From: Balanoglossus misakiensis
Taxonomy: Eukaryota; Animalia; Hemichordata
Length of the DNA: 64,000 bases
Assembly: GCA_040954595.2 (NCBI GenBank)
Contig: CM082579.2
Location: 7,057,625 to 7,121,624 of the forward strand
Direction of reading: 5' to 3'
The notes below the pieces were generated by a model. That model ran no database searches, was not told the DNA's origin, and saw only the letters and a program-made list of their open reading frames with translations. Of this stretch, positions 1-11,953 are shown one piece after another. The translations under genes were made by a program, and so were the position numbers. How positions within the stretch are numbered: the stretch's first letter is position 1; each line of letters opens with the position of its first letter.

Positions 1-1
1 A

Positions 2-136
2 ACCGAGTTCTATGCCGAGGCCATCGAGCAAGAGCGAGCGAACACGGCGATGTCAATCTACCGTCCTGTGATGACGCGTCTGTTCATCGTTATTCCTGCC
101 CTCCTATATACTTCAGCAGTGACGTCAAAACCGTGA
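2..136 (+). CDS. Partial last exon of an upstream folate-receptor-family paralog (GPI-signal-like C-terminus)
   Basis: Frame 2 reads TEFYAEAIEQERANTAMSIYRPVMTRLFIVIPALLYTSAVTSKP* (TGA 134-136). xEFYA plus a hydrophobic tail matches the VAAYYA...VLLTAINW last exon of the next gene and the VARFYA motif of vertebrate FOLRs. Only 44 residues are visible. Confidence 0.55.
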   Translation, partial: TEFYAEAIEQERANTAMSIYRPVMTRLFIVIPALLYTSAVTSKP

Positions 137-1074
137 CGTGATGCTGTTTCGGGACTATGGCAATGTGACTATTTTCTCTATGTATACATGGTTTTCAGTA
201 AATGGGGAATATACAAAACAGAAGGCCTGAAATTAGCCGGTGTATACATGTATATATTTTAACATGACCTTTGCTTTACCTTCAAATGCCATACTTCAGA
301 TATAGACAGGGAAAGGCCTTTCTGTTGCAACGCGAACTGAAGCATTGGGTTTAATGTAACTTTACAAATCTAGCGAAATAAAAGTGACACCCTACGAAAA
401 GTATTTGCGATAAATATTTAACAAGTTATGTCGAACTAACACAGCCACATTTACATCGTAACATTCCCTGCTTTGTTGATTAAAAATAATAGACCTATAC
501 TGTGGCATCTTTTAAAAATTCATACAAGCGGCTACTTTAGAATTGAGGGATGGTGTTAAAAATAAAGAAAAAACACAACTGTGTCTTTTTAATATAGTAT
601 AACTACCAGTGCTTTATTAACTTGGATATAAATTCTAATGCAAATGAACGTTTTCAAAATAACTTCGGAAAAGACAAGCGTGGAGAAATTGACCTTTTGC
701 AGAGACAATTATGAGAGTTTTGGGTTTTTGAACAAATATCTGCCTGTTGTGATATATGTGATATATATGTGATAGGGTAGAATTGATCCAAGTCTAAGGG
801 CTTCATTGTTTCATAATAAATACATTTTAGAAAATTTTGATCCGAGTCTATGTAGCGTGTGTGGAGTTTTAATGCAGCGAGTGTGAGCGCTTGAGTCTAG
901 GGAACGCATATTCCTATAGCTTGGTAGGGTACAGTTGACAGGAAAAGAATTTACTTTTTAGCTCTCTGTATTGTCACATTGAATCGAAATTTGTCTTGTC
1001 AACTTTGTGTGCAAGAGATCCACAATTCTGGTGGGGCGTGACCCGCCAGCTTAACATGTGATGTATGGACGGTA

Positions 1075-1580
1075 TTTACTGTCGTTCCCATCTGGATTCG
1101 AACGATAATGTTGATCTAAATGTTACCATACTTGCACATTTGGTTTGCCAAGTTGTTCCTTATCTTACTTCAGTTTCGGCGCCCAGTTGCTGATGTTGCG
1201 GTAAATTCAAAGAGGTTATATCGAGATTGATTACAATACTAACAGTGGGGTATTACGGGTGTCGTAAGAGGATCGTCTTACACTTCACATTGCTTGCTAA
1301 AGCAAGACTTTTATCTACGCGTGCTTTTACCACACACAGGGCTATTAAATAAAGTCAGGGTAGCGCCAATCAGTTGACTCGTTGTATTGTCTTATTTAAA
1401 CAAACTGGCGAAGCATCCTACCGGGTAAGAAACCATTAATCCTGTTTGTGTTTGCCGCAAAGCATATAAACTGTACAACAACTGTAGCAAAGTTGGAATC
1501 AACTTCACAAACCAATTACACAAGTGTGATAACATTTAGATCAACATGAACGTTCGAAGCCAGATGGGAACGATAGTAAA
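1075..1580. mobile_element. Fold-back/MITE-like element with ~140-bp imperfect terminal inverted repeats
   Basis: TTTACTGTCGTTCCCATCTGGATTCGAACGATAATGTTGATCTAAATGTTA from 1075 is the near reverse complement of TAACATTTAGATCAACATGAACGTTCGAAGCCAGATGGGAACGATAGTAAA ending at 1580. Weaker similarity continues inward to ~1218 and ~1436. Possible TA target duplication at 1077-1078 and 1577-1578. Confidence 0.75.
1343..1430 (+). promoter_or_regulatory. Putative core promoter and non-coding first exon of the FOLR-like gene
   Basis: TATA-like TATTAAATAAA at 1343 lies 29 nt before the A (1372) of an initiator TCAGTT. Donor CGG|GTAAGA at 1425 and acceptor TTCCCAG| at 1616, 11 nt before the ATG at 1628. 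Confidence 0.55.
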
Positions 1581-1627
1581 GCAGCTATACTCGTCTTACT
1601 GGCATTCGCTTCCCAGACATTACCACG

Positions 1628-3306
1628 ATGAAGAGCTCTCTTGGAATTTTCATGTTGGCCATAGTAACTGCGGCGAGCTATGCTGAAGAGTTGGAAAGTG
1701 TCGTCGCCGATTTAACCGCGGATGAAATGTTGAATGTATGTATGGATGGCATCTATCACAGAGACACACCAGGACCAGAACCACAGCTTCATGGTCAGGT
1801 GAGTTGCTGGATGTTTTCCAACTCTTCTACACAAGAAAACGCTACCTTCTTATAAAAGAAAAAGAATATTGCTAGAAACATGCTCTAATGTTTGTTAGTA
1901 TCATTTGCATTTCTTCTGTGTCAACCACTATATGTGACGAATACGATTCTTTTGTTTCTAACTTCATTTTCTCAGTGTGCGCAGTGGTCAGATCGAAGTT
2001 GCTGTTTTCCTAACGTCAGTGAAGCTATACACGAAGATGGTGTTTTGTACGATATAGGGTGGTATCATTGTGGCCAAAATGCATTGTCTTCAGAGTGCTA
2101 CAAGTACCTAGTTCAAGATTCTTGCTTCTACGAGTGTACACCCAATGTTGGACCCTGGCTGGTAGAGGTTGGTATTTCAATGGTTTGTTCACAAACGGGA
2201 GACAATGTACAGATTCTGCTGCAATATTGTATACTTATAATTATAGACCTAGCTGGCTTGCATTGGCCAACAGATTATACTCATTATTCCAATGACCTTA
2301 GTTGACCCCTTCTTGATTCAGATGAAATGATCTGAACTACTAGTATTTTCTTAAAATTTCAACACACACGGTGCTGCAGTCTACAAGCATGCAGTGTGTT
2401 CAGTGTTGGCCGTGAGACACATTCTGCATTCACCAGAATCTCAGTCTTAAACATTATGGTTCTGTCTTTTTTACCAGCACACGATTCCGATCAGAAATGA
2501 GCGCTTTGTGAACATTCCATTGTGTGCCAGCGAGTGCAATGCATGGTGGGACGCGTGTAAAGATGACTTCACCTGTTCAAATGACTGGACCACAGGCTGG
2601 GAGTGGTCTTCAGGTAGAAAACTGCATTAACATAACATTCAGTTAAAATTGGATGCGTGTATTCTTTGCCCATTGCTATGGGCCGTATTTGTATGTTGGG
2701 GCAATTAATTTATGCCGTTTTAGTAAAAAAATTCTTCTCTGAAACCGCTTGTAAGATTGCTTTGAAATTCAGATTTTTAGAAGGACAATATATGTGCAAT
2801 GCAACTGGACTGCATGTGCTCATACACGTTCTGAAATTAGCAAAAATAATTTCTTTGACATAATTGTTAATTTTTTAGGCACTGCCAAATGTCCAGAAGA
2901 CAAACCTTGCAAAACTTTCAGAGAATATTTCCACAATGCTAAATCCTTGTGTGAAAATTTGTGGGGAGGCTCGTTCCAAGTTGTGCCCGACAATACCCCG
3001 GACAAGCCGTGTATGAAAATGTTCTGGGAAGAGGATGAAGACAACCCAAATTATGAGGTACGTCTGAGTAGCATCCACATCGGTTGCAACAAACTTGGAA
3101 ATATTTAGAAAAAAAAAACAGAAAAAAATGAAATTATGTTTCAAGTCATGTGTGCTAAATTATGACAATGTCTTTCTTTCGGAGTGTAGGTTGCTGCTTA
3201 CTATGCAAGTAAAATGGCGGCTGATGCGTCGGGGAGTCAACGCAGCCGATCAAATCACAATTACGTGGTAAGTTGTCTGGTACTGCTGACAGCCATCAAC
3301 TGGTAA
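1628..3306 (+). CDS. Folate receptor / riboflavin-binding protein family protein, ~264 aa, signal peptide and probable GPI anchor
   Basis: Exons 1628-1798, 1976-2167, 2478-2613, 2879-3057, 3190-3306 (all GT-AG, phases consistent). Family motifs: LNVCMDGIYH..PGPEPQLHGQC..W...CC, WYHCG, QDSCFYECTPNVGPW, RNERFVNIPLCASECNAWWDACK, DWTTGWEW, LCENLWGGSF, NPNYEVAAYYA, then a hydrophobic C-terminus. Confidence 0.93.
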
Positions 3307-4028
3307 TGAATGGTCTTCCAGCCACCGTCAACCACAAAGTGTCTGCATCGGACAACCAGTAATGGAACGGCAGCCAACAACAGGGAGTGAGCAGGTATAA
3401 GCATGGTATGAACAGCCATCATAGTTGATAGGCGATATACATTTGCATCTTAGTTTCGCGTACAGTGTAGCAAAGTTTTAATTCCTTATTATCCATACAG
3501 AGCGTGTAGGACTTTAATGAGCAGCCAGGTTTTGGAGGGTTTACTTTCAATTTTTTGCTTAAGGTTCATACAAAATGTTCAAATTGTTCGTTGGGTGAAT
3601 AAAATGAGATATGGAAATCAAGTGAGTTGATGTATGAATTTACTTGCAATGTCAGCTTTTCTAACACTGCAGAAGAAAAAATAAATCCTGTCAAAACTGA
3701 TGAAATTGGTCAGGTGATATTAAAAACTAAAACTTTTTTTGTTTTTTTTTCATTCCTAATATTTCGGATTGCATTGAGTTTTGATGCAATTTCTATATTA
3801 AGATCATGCAGCGGAAACCTCGTGGCTGGGGGATACATGCACTTGGTACCATGCTGTTATGATTAGAACAAGAAATTGTATTTGGTACACAGAACACAAA
3901 TACTGTCAAAGCAAAAACGTTACAGCTAATGTCATTTTAAAGTAAGTAGAAAACATACATATATTCTAACGTGAGGAACTCTTCGTAATGTGACTAGCTA
4001 GTGACTGAAGAACTACCAAAACCCAACA

Positions 4029-5714
4029 TCAGTAACAAGTGTGTACACACGGATCGTTCGGGGTAAACAATTGTAAGTTGTTGACCAAAGGGAAGATAAC
4101 AATAGCTCCTATGAAGGATCCTAGCTGAGTCATACCGCCGTACCAAATTAGAGCTGTCCGCCCTTCCGGTCGGAAACGACTGCCAATAGATACCTTGACG
4201 TACGTAAACACAAAATAAAACAGCAACCATGCGCTGACCTGAAGGGAAAAAACAGTGCAGACATTAATTCAGACTCGGACAACAGTGGTATGATACGATA
4301 CGGTACGGTACGGTACGGTACGATGTGATACAATACGATACGATACGATATATACATCTACCTTGGTGTCAACAACACTGGTAAAGATACTTACTGACAA
4401 GATCGGCCCCCATACACTGCCACATAACGGTGGATATGGACTCATCAGAGCCAAGTAGAAGATATATGCCGAGACCAGAGTTGCTATTGTGGAAAGTATT
4501 CCGACTGATAGGTTCGACTTGGCAGGCCACCAGTGCACACACACACTGGCTGTGGGAATCATCATCAGTCCAAGTGTGACAGCCAGGTGGTAGGCATAGT
4601 TTCCGTACGGTAGCGTTGAATATGACTGTATTGACGGCATGACGCCATTGGTCAAACAGCAGGCCCACCCTTGCAGAGTCAGAAGATATATCCGCTCACC
4701 GCGTGTTAAGGACGCGGGGCTCATATCTTTAATTTCGACATCATCTTCATCAGCTGCATCTTTTGGGTTAGATTCTTTGATGTCGTCGTATTTGTCTTTC
4801 TGTTTGTCTCCTGTTATGTCGTCCGTAGCCGCACTGGTGTCTCGGTCGGTCTTTGACGTTGTGGTGGCGACGTCGTGCGGTATGTCATCGTTAATCACCG
4901 CCATGTTCGTGCAGGCGAGGCTAAGCTCAGTACTGAATTCACTTTGTTTCACGATATACGTTCCAGCCCCGGCTTCATCGTCATCTTGGTCGTCCACGTG
5001 GAGTTCTCTTATTCGCGGCTGGTGAACGAGGAGAGCGAACGCCACAAAACTCGTCATCAAGAGGATGACGAGCAGAAGGAAGAACACCTCCACTGAGTAT
5101 CTCGGTGGAGGATAGTAGTATTCGGTTTCGTAGTAGGTCGTGTTGATAGTGGTGTTGCCGATGATGGTTGTATTGACGTACGTGTGGTTGAGACACTCCG
5201 CGTTGCCGCCCACCCCCTGCAGAAGTCCCAGAAGGCTGGGGACGAAGGCGCTCAGGCCCTCTCCCACGAAATACGAGCTCATAAACGCCTTGGGGAACAG
5301 CGACATGAACGCCAGGAAGGAGACCGAAGACGTGCAGTCGACCAGAGCCAGCAGGCCGCTGAGCGTCAGGAAAGCCGTGCTGTGCTCCTCCCCGTTCACG
5401 TACGACGTCTCATCCCAGAAGGGTATGAGCAGAAAGCAGGCGACTATTCCGATCCCGATGATGAGATAGTTGGTCGGGATTTCGATCCGCTTCGTGGTGA
5501 ACCTGTTGACGACGGTGAACAGGATGGGTCCGATGTTGGCTATTTGGATGACCAGCACGAAGTAGGACGCCAAAGCCCATCCCTCCGGTAGGTAGTTGAC
5601 CATGATCGGCAACTGCACCCACACGCCATTCACGTCCAACCAGGACGACATGCCGAACAAACTCACCAGAGTGTGCACCAAAGACAGAAATGGACTCGAT
5701 TCGATAATCTCCAT
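4029..5714 (-). CDS. SLC52A3: SLC52-family riboflavin transporter (RFVT), ~509 aa
   Basis: Exons 5714-4395 and 4238-4029. Diagnostic LFGMSSWLDVNGVWVQLP..V..LPEGWALASY, QIANIGP, DCTSSVSF, YFVGEGLS, LTNGVMPSIQSYSTLPYG, TQLGSFIGA and C-terminal FTPNDPC. The family is secure; the paralog number is nominal. Confidence 0.93.
4290..4350. repeat. Compound pentanucleotide microsatellite (TACGA/TACGG)n in the SLC52 intron
   Basis: atgatacgatacggtacggtacggtacggtacgatgtgatacaatacgatacgatacgata. Confidence 0.85.
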
Positions 5715-7933
5715 GGCTGCAATTCACCCGCCGCTGTTTTATTTTTTGTCTATGGGATACTTCCACGGGTGCTTCTTGTATATCAGTTCGGTCAAGGAGC
5801 AGTAAGCTGTTCTGTCTTGCTGACCACTAATGAAGTACGTACTTTTGTAGGCAATGTAACTAAAACAAAACATATCAAATATTGTCGACGTCAAAAAAGT
5901 AAAGTATAAGATTGCAGAAATACGATATAATGCAAAATACCCATCAGACTCTTAAACCATCTTTTAGTATATTGAAGCATTTAGGCGAGAATACCAGACT
6001 CTCAACGTTACCTCCACATTTTCTGCACGTTATACAGGCAGATCAAAGGTCACCCACTCGCGTCTGACTTCTATGCGCGAGTAGTATTTTTGGCGAAGTC
6101 GTCGCGTCGCGGGGCGGCGATGCAACACCACCACTCGTGAAAATACACTGTATCCATGCAGTGTTGTCGTACACCCAGCGCCCGATTTTAGACCTCCACC
6201 GTTCAATTGCTAATGTACCTACCTGAGACATAGAGTTCGGCGTCGCTTTTTCAGGATGCATTCATTACACGGAATGCCCGTCTTTGAAGATGAGAGACCA
6301 GGTGCGTTGCATTATGTATGTCAGGTGTCATCAAGAACAAAGTCCACACTCCAACAGACAGAGGATATGACACAAGGCCGTTGTCATAAATACTACAGGG
6401 AGAGGGGCCGGAGCCATGATGAGGGAAACGAAAATGACTAGTCATTGGAAGTAGAGATGTTAATGATACGCACATGGGATCGCATCGCAATACTCATATA
6501 CGATTTGGAACATTTTCTTTAAAACTTCCCAATTTATAATTGGTACATAGTAAAACTTATGGCCTTCTTCACGGACTAAGGGGTGCCCCCCGACCATATT
6601 GTTTTAATGTGCCCTATGTCCTTGTATCACGATCATATATGATTTATAGCATACTTTTTCAACTCTGTCGTTTATGGTACGGAGTAACCTGATTAATTAG
6701 CATCAAGCAAACTATATCAATAATAGCTCCAGCCGAACCTTGTGTCAACGTACAGTCCGGTATATATATACGACCTTGAACGTTTCTTCTTTGTTAGCCC
6801 CCTCCGCACTACTAGTATATAATTGCATATCAATTTAGATGTACAGCATTTTTTGTCTTGAAGGTTTGGATCGTAGTCAAAAAGTCTATCGGATTATTAT
6901 GCACTCAATTCAAAGGTCAGTCAGACAGGCAGCGTAGAGTTCAGCAGGCTGATATACTAAAATATTTTACAATGTATCATCAGGCGTGGCCTTTGAAATT
7001 TTGCACGAGACAAGATAATGTTATACATGGTGATATTGGTGTTTGAACCAGCCGTGAGAATACAAACATTTACGTGTGATTCGCGTGGTTTCCACGTGGA
7101 CATTGGCCGAGTAGCATTTTTTTCGATATTTCGAAAATATCCCCTGTCGAAATAATTTGGGGCAAACCCGTGGAGTATATCTGCAGCTACACTACATGAT
7201 CCGCGACATTTTATGGATTAATTTGCTCATAAATATAAGATATAAAATTGGATCGATTAAAGGTCTGGTCTGATCTCAGTGGTCTAAAATTAATGATTTA
7301 CTTCTGTTTTGTGTCGTGAAGGAACCAAAACTGAAATCAACATCATAGCAGATGACGTCATACAAAGAACACGTGGATATAACTGCATGGGAAGAATTTA
7401 ACATTTCACTCGTAATAACATGCACTTCAACATCACCATGCAAGAGTACTAGCATCATGGTATAAACGGAAAATGTAAGATAGACAGATCCCTCCATGAC
7501 TAAGGGAAGGTTCCGTGTTGAGAATCAACCCCATTCAAATACACATATTATACAGTAATCAACCCCTATAACTGTACCGTTAGCTACTAAACTATTTCTC
7601 CGGGTTCTTTCTCTCGCTCTCGTATGTATTAGCTATTTCGTGTAACCAGAGTGAAATTCTTAAGAAGTTGATAACTCTAAGATCACGAAAAAGATAGAAA
7701 GCGATTGCATTAGCTTGATTGTACAAATATAAACTGATTATTAATGCAGCTTTCCCAGGAAGTAATACAATTAATTATAAGGGGTCACATGTCCCGGCAC
7801 GTGAAACTTAGGTGTGCAAAGACTTCTTCATATAATTGGACCTAACAACCCAAAATAGTAAGTAGAAGGCAACCCTTTTCGCCATTACGTCATTACTTTT
7901 TTCACCAGATTAATGAATCCCAATGTACTGCGT

Positions 7934-8782
7934 GGGAGTTACCTCGATCATGCGCGCACAGTACGGGGGTTTCCCGCCCGAGGTTTGTTTATAGCTTTCT
8001 AGAAGTGACCGTTGTGAATTGCCCACTGCTATCAAACAACGACTATTTTCAATTTGGTGAACCTTTCCGACAGTCTGTGAAAGTCTATTCACCATGATGT
8101 TCCATAGTATTACGTGCTACGTCGTCGTTCACTTCTTACTCTGTAGGATGAATGTGGTAAGTGTATACGCGCGCGTGGATGCCTTTGTGTTTAGTAACGG
8201 CTGGTGTGACGACCAACGAGGAAGTTAATTTCAAGAAGTAACTTTAGGTACTAGTAGTGCTATGGTCGCACCCCGGGTCGCACTGGCTGCAATTGCACGC
8301 AGGGAGCACGCAGACCTGTACACAGGGCTACAATTGCACTTACTATTACGATTATCATTGGAATATCGTCTTTGCACGTATATTGTCGTCAACGTGATAA
8401 TTCTACGCACGTAGTAGTCCACGTGATTGTGATCGAATAAACCCATAGACCTCGATTGCCCGGGCTCATTTGTATTGGGGCTTTTGTATTGACTGCATGC
8501 ATTAATCGGTCACTGTAAGTATATACTATATAAGACATTTGCCAACAAAGTTGGTCGACTTGTTCGTAGGTTATCTCACGTGCTTGTCACATTTTGAGAA
8601 AATTTGGCGAAATCACGGTTGCTGTTCAGAGCATTAACAAACTACTAGCTTGGCACCAACACAATGGGCTTAGGCGTCGACCTACTTTTATGAACTCTGA
8701 TCGGGGATTTCCAGTGTCCGCAGTGAAGCAATAATATGCATAAAGCGCTAAGGCAATAGGGACACAATCACGAAGTGAAACT
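7934..8782 (+). promoter_or_regulatory. Candidate NF-kB and IRF sites around exon 1 of TNFR-like gene A
   Basis: GGGGTTTCCC at 7966-7975 and GGGGATTTCC at 8703-8712 (kB-type), GGGAGTTACC at 7934-7943 (kB-like), AAGTGAAACT at 8773-8782 (IRF-element-like). Short motifs, no functional data. Confidence 0.4.
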
Positions 8783-11074
8783 AGTATGTTAAATTAGGAA
8801 ACGAGTTTTTTGTAAATTTGAATAACTTTGTTGATTTGAAACCCGGATAAGTGAACACATATGGGCATATGAAACTTATGGGTGACTGTGTATCTTAAAT
8901 CATGGCCCCGATGGTGTGATTTACTCAACTCTCAACATTGATATAAACACTATATATAGCTGAATGTAATACAAGCGTGGCGTTTACTCCATGCATTTTC
9001 TAACCTTGTCCGATTTTGGTCCCGAAACCGAAGTCTTTTTTGAAAGTGCGTATTGCCACTTTTGTTTTACCACAGGATTGTCTGGAGTGTGGTGGCCACA
9101 GCAACAAATACCTATCCATAGATCCCTATGGCAACCCCATATGCACGCAGTGTAGCAAATGTCCACCTGGAACGGGAGTGAGCAAGCCATGTGATGGCGG
9201 CCGTGACACTGTCTGTGAGATTTGTCCAGAAGGAACTTATTCGGGAACATGGAGTAGTTCCAGGGAATGCATGCCATGTAGGACGTGTCCTCCCCATCAG
9301 CGAGAAATCAGAAAGTGTTCGGCGAATAAAAATGCGAAATGTGCGAAAAAATGCGATTTGGGTAAGTAATTATATACAGTGTTACGAAGAGGTCATAGCT
9401 GAGAGACAAATCATGCACGCGTAAATATCTGAAAAGTAAAGTTCAGACGTCCGCATTATACTATGATTAATTCTCTCATCGACTAAGCTTACTTCCAGAA
9501 TTCCAACTACTTCCACCTTTTCATAATCCGCTGACAACATCTTATTTTTCTCACCATCTATTTTTCCAACTCAACTCGTGTACAGGTTACTTCCTTGACG
9601 AACTGACGTACCTCTGTGAACCATGCTCGTGGTGTTTCCCTGAGCGACCAGAGATAGCGCCCCCGCGTGTTGTGCAGTGCATGACCAGACCAGAAATTCC
9701 GATCGACTACCAGTGCATGCCCAGTCGCATTGAATTTCGGCCATATCACGTGACGTTGGCAGCCGCTGACGACAGAAAAGGTAGGCTATAATGCGTCAAC
9801 GTGGGTATTTCTGCAATACCTACGAAAATGATTCAAGTTTATAATGTTACAGACATATTCAGTAGAAGCCAATGTTACAAGTGAATATGACTGACATTTC
9901 ATCTGGCTATTGATAGATCGGAAGTTCAGTGAGTTATATTCTTCCGTTCTCACTTTATACGCGACAACTTTATAATGACCTGTGAATCTACATATTTATA
10001 CCAACAGATGGAAAACTCGATGATGGTAACAAAACACGACAAAAGTACGCCAAGGGAAATGGAAAGAGTAGCGACAACACAACGCCTCGAAAAGACGGTG
10101 TCGCGGGAGAAGACAGAAAAACCGACAGCAAAAATTGCGCCAGAGACGATGTCGATGGAAACTTAATTTTTGTCGACAGTCAAGAAAAGTTCACTTTTCA
10201 AGCCATTGAAGATACCCGAAACCAATCAGGGAACAGCACGAGTTTCAAACAGTTTAATTGGAATGATGGATTAACGGTGGCCTTAATTGCTGGTGGTGTT
10301 GCTGGTACTATTCTGGGGCTAGTTGTGTTTATTGTTATTTTACGTTTGTTGACGAAGAAAAGGGGTTTATTGGTATATCAAAAACTGTATAGTTCTGAAT
10401 CAGCGAGTCACATAAATGACCCGGATGAAGACAGAGACTCCGCTGTTTCTGCAGACAGTTGTCCTGGAAACGAACCTTCGAATGACGTCACACAAGACAT
10501 TGCAACTTTATCCGACAAAGATGAAGGAGTGGGTTTAAGTGAATGCACAGCGAGTGTTGAGACGGAGATACCGTGTGCCGTGAGAGGTCGAGACCAGGGT
10601 GATGGTTTCACCGCGGAGATCGAACACACATCTCGCAACGGCAGTAATGGCGAAGATCAGGCTATGGAAGTAGACGGTAACGCAGGCGGCAGTTTGCAAG
10701 ATTCCTTGACGACGTTAACAACTGACGATACAACGTTTCCCATTGACACATATGAATGCGACCAGACGAGTCATGGACTAGTGACAAATAGAAGAACTGA
10801 GGCTGACGGGGTGGTATTTCAAGAGGACATCGTCAGCGTTCCCCAGAATAGACCACTGGCTACACCAAGAAAGTTCAGCGATTCGTCAGACAGTGGCGTT
10901 GACGCAGATTTTGATGACGGCGGCCAAATCTCACGGGGATATCTCGTGACTAGGCTTGGTGACGTCACATATAAAGACGAACCTGTCCGATGCCAGCGTC
11001 AGTCGAACGAGACGCCACACCCTCTACGACCATTATCTTTGAATCCGGACATTGATTATGGAACTGTCGTGTGA
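8094..11074 (+). CDS. TNF receptor superfamily protein A (TROY/XEDAR/EDAR-like, no death domain), ~536 aa
   Basis: Exons 8094-8156 (signal-like MMFHSITCYVVVHFLLCRMNV, least certain), 9076-9361 (CTQCSKCPPGTGVSKPC...DTVCEICPEGTYS...CMPCRTC...C..NKNAKC), 9586-9780 (GYF...CEPCSWC) and 10008-11074 (stalk, TM VALIAGGVAGTILGLVVFIVIL, long acidic tail). Phases 0/1/1 consistent. Confidence 0.88.
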
Positions 11075-11953
11075 CATTAGCATTGTAATAACCCTACCGA
11101 TTCACTTTTTTACTTACATGCATAAACTTGACTCGTTTTTACAAAGTTATCTCATCTTTTACGAAAGTATATGCAAGTATTTTAGCAAGAATATGAAACT
11201 AAAGAAATTAATGTATTTTAACCAGGATCGACTTGAAACTATTTTTCTTTCACTTCTTATAGAAGTAATACGCCATTCATCGCACGAAATTTATTGACTT
11301 CCTTTGAATAGTACATTCGATGACCTCATGTACTGATTACAAATATTCTTTCGTGTGTGTACTTTGTTGTTGAAAGTACCATAGCTAATACATTGAATAA
11401 AGAGCGCCGAATACACCTCTAATTGTAGGAGATTTCACTTTTAGTGAAGAAAAACTCCTTTTTGGAATCGCTAAATGAAAGCGTATATTAAGACTTTGGA
11501 TATCAATTATGTCAAAAATAGATTGATAACACATCACCGTATCGTTCGGTCTCTAGGGTTAAGGTCAAACACGAGTGGGTCGATCGCTCTGCGGAAAGGA
11601 ACGGCGCATGCGTAATAATACAGTAATGGTATTATACATTAGTCAAGTTCAACTATCTGTCGTGTGTAGTCTGTAGGATATCACTAATTAGGAAGATAAC
11701 ATATTAAGAATTCATGATTACTGATAAATAGGAAAGTTTGCGACCGATGCGAGGTCACTTTGCTTCGCGCCGCTACGGACCCTGGCATTGATGCGTATAC
11801 ATGTACACTGTATTGGCACACCTGTGCGCGCACACGCACTGATACAGCTGCGAGCAACAGGAGAACACGCGTTCGTCACAGGCATGGGGTCAGAAGTCTA
11901 AACCATGGTTGCAGAACTAGCATGGCAGAGAAGTCGGAATCCTACACGAGAAT

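Noticed and set aside
4269-4394. C-terminal extension of the 481-aa SLC52 ORF (VSIFTSVV...YRIVSHRTVPYRTV)
   Set aside because: Intron read-through into a microsatellite; the true last TM segments are in exon 4238-4029.
4369-5805. Overlapping ORFs across SLC52
   Set aside because: Shadow ORFs of a GC-rich exon.
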